A stretch of DNA of 9,850 bases, filler included. It is 3 parts of 3 records of this genome, joined end to end, with 100 filler letters (N's around TTAATTAATTAA, not from the genome) between each part and the next. Parts side by side here need not be neighbours in the genome. Positions count along the whole stretch, not along the records: positions 1 to 3,223 come from SRR7504441_153610; positions 3,324 to 6,516 come from SRR7504441_158312; positions 6,617 to 9,850 come from SRR7504441_193296. One strand, 5' to 3'. The notes under the pieces were generated by a model. That model saw only the letters and a program-made list of their open reading frames with translations. It made no database searches and was not told the DNA's origin. Of the stretch, positions 1 through 6,617 are shown piece by piece (position 1 is the stretch's first letter; every line of letters starts with the position of its first letter). The translations under genes and the position numbers were made by a program.

Positions 1-209
1 TAAGCCCTCATAGGGTGCAATACAGACTTTCGTGGACTTTTGATTGATTGAGGCGCAATAATTCTGACAATGTGGCATTCAACTCATGATTCAACTAAGC
101 TTACGAACTCTTACATGTACGTACATACGAGTACACTCTCTATCTATCAATTCGCATTGCCACAAATGCTATATTGTTCAAATGTTGTAACATCACTGAG
201 ACACCCATT

Positions 210-3009
210 TCACAAGAACTTCACGCTCCAATCACCAGCTATGGGAAGATCTGGTTTGCGGATCACAATTTTGGACGTGCCTGGTTGATGTTGCCATTCA
301 AGCTCCTTTGGTTCCTCTGAGCCGACATGAGCCACAATGCTCTTCAGTGTGCTTGCATCCAGTCCCAACACAATCACGCGCTCCACAACACAATCACTAG
401 TAAAGCCTTTGGCCTGGGCTGAGCTGTGCATACTGGACCTCAGCTGCGAGTCGCTGAAGGTGAAATCTCGCCATATGTACGCCCCTTTTTGCCACTCAAA
501 TGTATGCCCATCATCCAGGTATAGCTGGCCCTCTGCTGTACCTCCTGAGCTCAGGGCCACCACCAAGGTGAATGGGTCATTGGCCATTAGAGCAGAGTTG
601 CGCCGCGGTCGATCTCTTCGCGGCACAATGCTACCTCCACGATGGAAGAAAGGGATCACAGCAAGGCTAGCAGGCGCCTGGTGCAGCCCTGGTGTGACCT
701 GGGCATGTGTGTGACCGTCAAACCATGAATCTGGACCGGGTAGATTGACTGTCACAGTGGTGGTGCCTGGAGTGACTACCGGCTTGACCATTATGGCACT
801 CCCTACCATGAACTGGTCATCAATGCTGAACAAATCTTCCTGGTTGGGCCACTGGTACCAGAGCGGTTGCATCATGGGCGTGTTGTCAATTGCTGCCTGA
901 TGGAAGAGCGTGTACCACAAAGGAAGATGCTGATACCGAAGTCTGAGGGCATTTTGGATCATTTTGGTGTTATCGTCACCAAACAGCCACGGTTCACGCC
1001 GCTTTGTCTCGATGTGCGCATGACCGCGGAAGAACGGCTGCCAGGCGCCTGCTTGATACCATCTTACAAGCAGCTCAGAATCAGGATTGCCAAAGAATCC
1101 TCCAACATCTGCCCCGGAGAATGGAAGTCCAGCAATGGCCTGAGTCAGAAGCATTGGTGTGGAAGCTGCCAAGTGTCCCCAGTCCGCCTTGTTGTCACCA
1201 GTCCATATTGCGCCATAGTTTTGTGTTCCTGAAAAGTAGGCACGCGAGAGCACAAAAGGCCTCTCAGTGCCACCAGTACGGTCGATTTGGCCTTGAGCGG
1301 TTGCCATCTGCTGGAACAGGCCATACAGATTGTGCACGTCACGATGCTCATATTCATCCTTGCCGTCGGAATGGATGCAGTCTTTCTGCATTGTAGTCTC
1401 AGGTCCATTAAAGACAGAAGGCTCGTTCATGTCATTCCAGGTGAACAGGTCCGCGGTAGAACCCTTGTAGTGATCAAAGTTGAATTTCTTAGCCCAGAAC
1501 TTCCGCACCTCTGGATTCAGGAAATCCAGATAGGAAACAGAGCCTGGCCAGCAGTGCCCCTCATAGGTGTTTCGATCCTTGTTCTTGATGTAGTACCCGC
1601 GAGCTTGAGCTTCATCGTGCACAGAGTACCCAGATTCGCGCTTGATGTGCGGGTCGATGATTGTGACCATCTTGCGCTTGCGAGACGCTATGCCATCAAT
1701 CATCTTTTTGGGGGTTGGGAAGAGCTCCTTGTGCCATGTGAAGTACTTCTTGCCGTCAGTGTGCTCAATGTCGAGCCATATGACATCGTACGGCAGATTG
1801 TGCTCCTCAAATCCGGCGTCCACGGCGGCCACGTCATCCTCATCCTTGTAATTCCAGCGGCATTGGTGGTAGCCCAGTGCAAACAGCGGAGGCAGAGCTG
1901 TGGGCCCTGTGACTTTAGAGTACTGGGCGTTGACCTCGGATGGACTTGGGCCCGTCATCAGATAGACGTCGATGATCCCCGACTCTGAAAACCAATGAGC
2001 GCTCGTGCCATCGCCCGATTTGGCCACATCGATCCAGGTCTCAGCTGCATTAGCCCAGTACAGCCCAACTGTCGAGCCCGGTTGGTGGGCCACCATGAAC
2101 GGGATCGAGCCGTACAGCGCCATCTCGTTGTCCAGCTCGTACTCGAACACGTCCAGGTTGAACAGCCTGTACGGATCGGAGCTCACGCCTTCGCCCTTGG
2201 TCGGCTTGAGCGAGGTGCTAGTCGCGTGCTCAGGGATCCCATACACATGCTGCGATCCGCTGAACATGAAATCCATCCCAACCGACGAATGCCCGTGTGG
2301 CGTGGAGTCGGTGTGTCCGCCAAACGACTGGGTCTGCGCCTCCTGTCCCGGCTTCTTCGCCTCAAAGTTGAGCAGAGAGGCGTAGTTGGCCGTGCAAACC
2401 GGCTGCAGCCCCCAGCTCGGCCCTCCGCCCCCGGGGCGCGGCACCTTCTTCCCGTGCATCAGCACGATCGAGAACGGGTCGTACTTGAGCACCAGCGAGC
2501 TGTCCGGCTCCTGCAGAGCGATCGTGAGCCCGTCGCTCGAACGGTCGGCGATCTTGATCTTGGAGCTGTGTACCAGCGTCGACTGCATAATGTCGGACGG
2601 GATTTCGAAACGCTTCTGCTGCGCCACTTTTTCTGTCACGCGGAACCTGCAGCGCCCGGGCTCCGGCCGAGTGCGAGGGACTGGCACCTGACGATCCCCT
2701 TCTCGTACAGGTTCAGCTCGAGCACCAGCGGGGTGACCCCGGCGTCGCCGGCCACCAGGTCAGCCCGGATCCGAGCACCTGTAAAGTCCAGCGAGGACGG
2801 CTGAACTTTGTACGCAAACGGGCCAGCTGCTGGGGTCAGCTCCCGGTTCCGCTTGCAGAAGGGGTTCTGGAGGTCAGGGTCACCGGAGGCCAGAGCACGA
2901 GGCGCAGCACCTGCTCGCAGGTCTTGAACTTGCTTCTGTCGACAGCCGCGACCCCGGCCAGCTGGAGGCACACGACCACAGCAGCTACAATCGTGGTAGT
3001 AGTCCGCAT
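210..3009 (-). CDS. GANAB: ER alpha-glucosidase II alpha (catalytic) subunit, GH31; spliced model join(3009..2911, 2866..2688, 2646..2445, 2402..210), about 890 aa
   Basis: Signal-peptide-like MRTTTTIVAAVVVCLQLAGVAA is followed, after splicing, by VDRSKFKTCEQ|NPFCKRNR, the conserved N-terminal Cys motif of glucosidase II alpha. Other motifs: PYRLFNLDVFEYE, LYGSIPF, GYHQCRWNY, WLDIEH, WNDMNEPSVF (catalytic nucleophile), WTGDN (acid/base), GADVGGF, RWYQAGAWQPFFRGHAH, RREPW, GQLYLDDG. Exons sum to 2673 nt (891 codons including TGA at 212-210). The track's GTG start at 2687 is actually an intron donor. Confidence 0.96.
2403..2444 (-). other. Probable in-frame, stop-free intron 3 of the glucosidase II alpha gene (42 nt, phase 0)
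   Basis: AAG|GTGCCG...GCTGCAG|CCG. Same size and ends as intron 2. It reads as an out-of-place VPRPGGGGPSWGLQ insert just before the conserved N...LLNFE segment. Confidence 0.75.
2647..2687 (-). other. Spliceosomal intron 2 of the glucosidase II alpha gene (41 nt, phase 2)
   Basis: GTCAG|GTGCCAG...GCTGCAG|GTTC. Removal gives YEKGIVR-FRVTEK and links the upstream frame to the 825-aa ORF. Confidence 0.9.
2867..2910 (-). other. Spliceosomal intron 1 of the glucosidase II alpha gene (44 nt, phase 0)
   Basis: CAG|GTGCTG...CCCTGACCTCCAG|AAC with a CTGAC branch-point motif. Removal joins FKTCEQ to NPFCKRNR and corrects the frame. Confidence 0.92.
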
Positions 3010-3048
3010 TGTCGAGTGCGTCACCGAAGCCAGGTTGGGTCCGTTGTT

Positions 3049-3090
3049 CTGAAGCTCAGGTCAGAGCGGAGGGGCTGTCTGCGCTGGCAC
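3049..3090 (-). other. Possible 5'-UTR intron (42 nt) of the glucosidase II alpha gene
   Basis: GTGCCAG (the same 7-mer as the intron 2 donor) ... CTCTGACCTGAGCTTCAG, with a CTGAC branch motif and modal length, ending about 40 nt upstream of the ATG. There is no reading-frame constraint to test it. Confidence 0.35.
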
Positions 3091-3223
3091 GCCGGCTGGC
3101 ACGGCGCACGGGCGCAGAGCGTCTGTAGAGCGTCTGCAAGCTGCGTTGGCGGTGCCAAGGCGGGCCAGTCTACTCCCCCGAACGCCCCGGTCCGCCGGTT
3201 GGTGTCTCTCGACACCCCAGTCC

Positions 3224-3323
3224 NNNNNNNNNNNNNNNNNNNNNNNNNNNNNNNNNNNNNNNNNNNNTTAATTAATTAANNNNNNNNNNNNNNNNNNNNN
3301 NNNNNNNNNNNNNNNNNNNNNNN
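3224..3323. other. Artificial contig-joining spacer
   Basis: 44 N + TTAATTAATTAA (3268-3279, stops in all six frames) + 44 N = exactly 100 bp. Confidence 0.99.
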
Positions 3324-3324
3324 G

Positions 3325-4482
3325 ACAGCGTATGATATAGACCTTGCTGGTGAACTGAGCGCTGGGAATGCAAGCATATCCATACACGGAGCTAAGGCTT
3401 CACAGAGTATGGGTATTGGTACAACAGCCGACTTCTCGCTATCCGATACGGAGCTTGGCCAAATATCGTGTCCTGCTGGGTTGACCATGGAAATTTTGTC
3501 CAACGGCGCAATCACACTCGATGGCATAACCGACAGCAGCAGTGACTCAATCGGCACACTCACCCTTATTGGATCTGGAGCACCTCACACTGTGAAGTTC
3601 TCTGGGGGTGCCTCTGTATTCAATAAGGGCATTGTTGTTCATGCAAGCCAAGGCATCGAGATTTCAGGCAGTGTCACCCTCACTGCCACTCCATCAATCT
3701 TCACTTCTAATGCAACACTGACGGTCACAAGTAGCGGGGCCCTGACCTCATCCAATCAAGATCTGTTGCTCACAGTGCTTGACTTGGATCTGCAAGGATC
3801 CGTTGATTCAGGAAGCAATTTGACAACCATTCATGGGTCACAGTTTGGACAGACCATCGGAATCGGCGGAAATGGTCAGACAATGTCCATCTCCGATTCA
3901 GAGCTTGGTCTTTTGTCCTCAGGCTCGACAACAGGGATCACTATCGGAAGTTCATTCTCAGGTGACATCATAGTCAGTGGTGTGACATCGGGAAATTCCG
4001 ATTCCTTTGCGACACTTACCCTCCTTGCCACCCAAGATACAAAAACAGTTGCGTTCCAAACAGCAGATTCCACATTTGCTCAGGGCATCATTGTTCGTGC
4101 AGATGGGGTTGCAATATCCTCCAATGTTGTAACTGCTACAACCCCAACAGTATTGAATTCAGGTGCTGGAACTCTCACTATTGCATCAAGTGGTTCACTC
4201 GATTCATCCGACCAATTATTGACCCTCAGTGTCAGTGATCTGGATGTCACAGGAACTATCAACTCAGGCAATGCCTTATTTGTGCTTGAATGTGCACTAC
4301 CAAACACCACCATTGGCCTTGGAAGTGGAACAGGACAGATCTCAGTTACAGGTGCAGAGCTCCAGCAGATTCAAAGCTCTGGCATGCGTGTTGGAGGGAA
4401 TGCTCCACACAATTGCGGTGACTTTACCGTAGGCGACGTATTGCTTGCGCACACAGCGCAGCGCTCTCACTGGAAGCATTGA
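3325..4482 (+). CDS. Large S/T/G-rich repeat protein (adhesin/haemagglutinin-like beta-solenoid), first part; 5'-truncated at the contig edge
   Basis: The frame is open from 3325 (TAYDIDLAGELSAGNAS...), so Met 3409 is internal. Repeats start at D(I/L)D(L/V) at 3334, 3781 and 4237 (149 and 152 aa periods), with recurring IG(I/L)G, xEL, LTL, S(T/V)F and TLT(V/I)xxxxxLxSxxQxL motifs. Confidence 0.85.
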   Translation, partial: TAYDIDLAGELSAGNASISIHGAKASQSMGIGTTADFSLSDTELGQISCPAGLTMEILSNGAITLDGITDSSSDSIGTLTLIGSGAPHTVKFSGGASVFNKGIVVHASQGIEISGSVTLTATPSIFTSNATLTVTSSGALTSSNQDLLLTVLDLDLQGSVDSGSNLTTIHGSQFGQTIGIGGNGQTMSISDSELGLLSSGSTTGITIGSSFSGDIIVSGVTSGNSDSFATLTLLATQDTKTVAFQTADSTFAQGIIVRADGVAISSNVVTATTPTVLNSGAGTLTIASSGSLDSSDQLLTLSVSDLDVTGTINSGNALFVLECALPNTTIGLGSGTGQISVTGAELQQIQSSGMRVGGNAPHNCGDFTVGDVLLAHTAQRSHWKH

Positions 4483-5708
4483 AATTGGAAATATCACTGC
4501 ATCAAACAGTGATTCTGTCGGCACACTTTGCCTGCTCGCTACCGGCAACCTTCAATCTATTACGTTCAAGACTGATCCCTCAAGCTTTGGGAACGGGCTA
4601 CTTCTTCGTGCTCCAAGTGGGGGAATTCTAATGGAGGAAAATGTTACTATCCAGGGAACACCTACTACTATCATTGCCGGTACGGCCACTCTGACGATTG
4701 ACGCCAGCAAGTCTCTATCAACCACCAATCAAGACTTGACAATAATTGCGGATGATCTCGATCTTGGATCTGATGCATTAGTAGACACTGGCACTGCTGT
4801 ACTATATCTGACCACATATACTCAGTCCCGGTCCATTGGCCTTGGAAACGATCCCAGCGGCACAAGTCCAGTTTCCGGAGTATCTAGCCTCTGGCTAAAC
4901 AATGCAGAGGCTGGTTCCCTCAGCGCAAGCAATGTTGTAATTGGGGACACTTTCAGTGGTGATATTTCTACTGGATCATTGCCAACTTCCAGCAGTGCCA
5001 ACATTGAATTACTCACTTTGACTGCCACAGGCTCTGGATCTTCGCTCAGTATGCTTTCAGCCACGGAGGTTCCCCTACAGCAATTTATTGCAGAAGGAGA
5101 TACAGACGTCCAGATACACAGCCAGATTTCCACATCACGGGATGCAGCGATAACAGCTGGGACGGGATCTATCATCCTGGAGTCCACCGGCAAAATCTCA
5201 AGCAACAACAATACCATACAGCTTGTGGCTGACAGCATGAATCTTCAGGGTGATGTGGACAGCGGCACTGGTGAGCTTACGCTATCACCTCACAGTTGGA
5301 ACACAACAATTGCCCTTGGTGATAGTACGGGAGAGCTGGAACTGTCAACAACCGAACTTGCTCTTCTACATGCAAATGGCCTGACAATTGGCAATACCCG
5401 ATCAAGCGGGACGGTCAAGGTTGCGGGAGTCTCTAATACAAGCAGTCTTGCGCTGGGCCACGTGACTCTAATGGCAACCGCAGATGATGCCCAAGTTATA
5501 TTCGAGTCGGCGTCGTCTACTTTCCAAGCATTGACTGTGCTGGCTGACAATGGTATAAAATTAGAGGTTGACGTTACAACAGTCCTAGGCGACTTGTTCC
5601 TCGATGGGGATGAGGACGACTCTAGCACAGCTGACAGCCTGAACATCCTTGTGTTCCACGACAACATCACAGTCACAGCGAAAAGTAAACTTAGCCTTGC
5701 AACTGCAG
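3334..5708 (+). repeat. About five diverged tandem protein-level repeats of about 150-160 aa
   Basis: Equivalent positions at 3334, 3781, 4237, 4754 and 5234. They are visible in translation and not obvious at the DNA level. Confidence 0.85.
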
Positions 5709-5824
5709 GTAGTTTTGATGGGATACTCAGTTTAGTGGCTGGTCAAGGCCAGATCATTTCAAACTCGTTGACTGGCGTGGCAAGTGGTGCGAGTACATTC
5801 CCATTGCCCGGTGGCACAAGGTGA
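4457..5824 (+). CDS. Same repeat protein, second part, in a shifted frame; true C-terminus uncertain
   Basis: The same repeat continues (SALTGSIEIGNITASNSDSVGTLCLLAT...; DLDL at 4754, SMNL at 5234), followed by an acidic DGDEDDSSTADS loop. Repeat-like sequence fades near 5708 and the stop is TGA 5822-5824. Confidence 0.8.
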   Translation, partial: RSALTGSIEIGNITASNSDSVGTLCLLATGNLQSITFKTDPSSFGNGLLLRAPSGGILMEENVTIQGTPTTIIAGTATLTIDASKSLSTTNQDLTIIADDLDLGSDALVDTGTAVLYLTTYTQSRSIGLGNDPSGTSPVSGVSSLWLNNAEAGSLSASNVVIGDTFSGDISTGSLPTSSSANIELLTLTATGSGSSLSMLSATEVPLQQFIAEGDTDVQIHSQISTSRDAAITAGTGSIILESTGKISSNNNTIQLVADSMNLQGDVDSGTGELTLSPHSWNTTIALGDSTGELELSTTELALLHANGLTIGNTRSSGTVKVAGVSNTSSLALGHVTLMATADDAQVIFESASSTFQALTVLADNGIKLEVDVTTVLGDLFLDGDEDDSSTADSLNILVFHDNITVTAKSKLSLATAGSFDGILSLVAGQGQIISNSLTGVASGASTFPLPGGTR

Positions 5825-5831
5825 TGGCGCA

Positions 5832-6516
5832 CTAGCCTTGAATGTTGTATGCCTCTCTATCCAGCATGACGTTTCTGTGTGCAGGCATGGAGATTTTTGT
5901 TGACTGGGTTGCTGATGAATCCAAGAGCCGATTATCACACAAGCCTAGCAGTCAGAAGCCAGTCGTAGGCGACAAGTTTGCCTGTTGTACAGTGGGCGAA
6001 GATGTGGGCTTGGGACAGGACCAGGTGCGCCTCCGCGTCCTCTAAATGTTGAAATCCGATAATGGTAATCCTCTCGCTCGGCACGCCCAAGATAAAACTC
6101 ATATTCTCTTTTGCTCTTGCGGCGCTGCAACAGACTATGAGCTGTAGGCCCACTGGAGTGCACCTCAGCCATTGGCCGCCTCACTCCACTGGCCGTGTAG
6201 GGCGCTGAATTCCTCCATGCACCGTAGGCAAGCGCCTTGGTGGGCAGTTGGCAATCAACTCGTCCCTTGGTCTGAGTCCGAATTCGTGCCATGCGCCTGC
6301 AAAAGAGCTCTTACAATTTGGGCTGAGTGAGAGGACCTGTTCTGGCGATCGCGCTGTTTGGTCTCAAGATAATCAAGCTTCCAGACTGGCCGCCGCCTTC
6401 TATACTTGAGCACCTCCTGCTCGCCCCCGATTGGGTACCGGGCTGGGACTGGAGCCCACCTCGTGGAATGGACTTGGCTCGGAGTCGATCAGCGGCTTGG
6501 CACGGCGCAGCCTGGC
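5832..6516 (-). CDS. CFAP97/Hemingway (KIAA1430)-domain-like ciliary protein; 5'-truncated, multi-exon, 3' end uncertain (stop ending at 5945, 5935 or 5832 depending on the last intron)
   Basis: Exons 6516..6460, 6416..6337, 6296..6164 and 6124 onward give ARLRRAKPLIDSEPSPFHE|EVLKYRRRRPVWKLDYLETKQRDRQNR|RMARIRTQTKGRVDCQLP...MAE|RRKSKREYEFYLGRAEREDYHYRISTF. The RLxxAKPxIDxxP ... basic helix ... MxxIxxxxxGxVD pattern matches my recollection of the Hmw/CFAP97 domain. Confidence 0.62.
6125..6163 (-). other. Possible in-frame, stop-free intron (39 nt, phase 0) in the CFAP97-like gene
   Basis: GAG|GTGCAC...CTGTTGCAG|CGC, with the same GTGC donor, TGCAG acceptor and size class as the other introns. 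Confidence 0.6.
6297..6336 (-). other. Intron (40 nt, phase 2) in the CFAP97-like gene
   Basis: AACAG|GTCCTC...CTCTTTTGCAG|GCGC with a pyrimidine tract. It joins the upstream exon in frame to ORF 5945..6292. Confidence 0.78.
6417..6459 (-). other. Intron (43 nt, phase 0) in the CFAP97-like gene
   Basis: GAG|GTGGGC...GAGCAG|GAG. Removal restores the frame. The acceptor is a NAGNAG (CAG GAG). Confidence 0.75.
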
Positions 6517-6616
6517 NNNNNNNNNNNNNNNNNNNNNNNNNNNNNNNNNNNNNNNNNNNNTTAATTAATTAANNNNNNNNNNNNNNNNNNNNNNNNNNNN
6601 NNNNNNNNNNNNNNNN
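6517..6616. other. Artificial contig-joining spacer
   Basis: 44 N + TTAATTAATTAA (6561-6572) + 44 N = 100 bp. Confidence 0.99.
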
Positions 6617-6617
6617 G

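Noticed and set aside
70-288. 72-aa plus-strand ORF
   Set aside because: It lies mostly over the AT-rich 3' UTR of the glucosidase gene and has no recognisable features.
1287-2804. Long plus-strand ORFs (233 aa, 269 aa and others)
   Set aside because: These are antisense shadows of the GC3-biased GH31 coding sequence, with no recognisable motifs.
3201-3216. Hairpin GGTGTC-TCTC-GACACC
   Set aside because: A 6-bp stem in GC-rich sequence at a contig end, with no U-tract, is expected by chance.
3224-3323. Palindromic TTAATTAATTAA occurring twice, suggesting a repeat, TTAA target site or element end
   Set aside because: It sits centred in exactly 44+44 N at both places (also 6517-6616), so it is an artificial six-frame-stop linker. 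ORFs running into it are artefacts.
4445-4482. Programmed ribosomal frameshift or a two-gene bacterial operon
   Set aside because: There is no slippery heptamer, RBS or credible start, and the repeat register is duplicated across the junction, which frameshifting would not explain.
3876-5676. Several minus-strand ORFs of 60-140 aa
   Set aside because: They are shadows of the repeat-protein gene.
5709-5903. Plus-strand continuation of the repeat gene through two 44-nt GT-AG introns (5709-5752, 5821-5864), giving DHFKLVDWRGKWCEYIPIARWHK|HDVSVCRHGDFC*
   Set aside because: The sizes fit, but the peptide stops quickly and shows no repeat or anchor character. It cannot be supported without transcripts.
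6327-6516. Plus-strand Pro/Trp-rich ORF (81 aa)
   Set aside because: It is antisense to the better supported spliced CFAP97-like gene and runs into the spacer.
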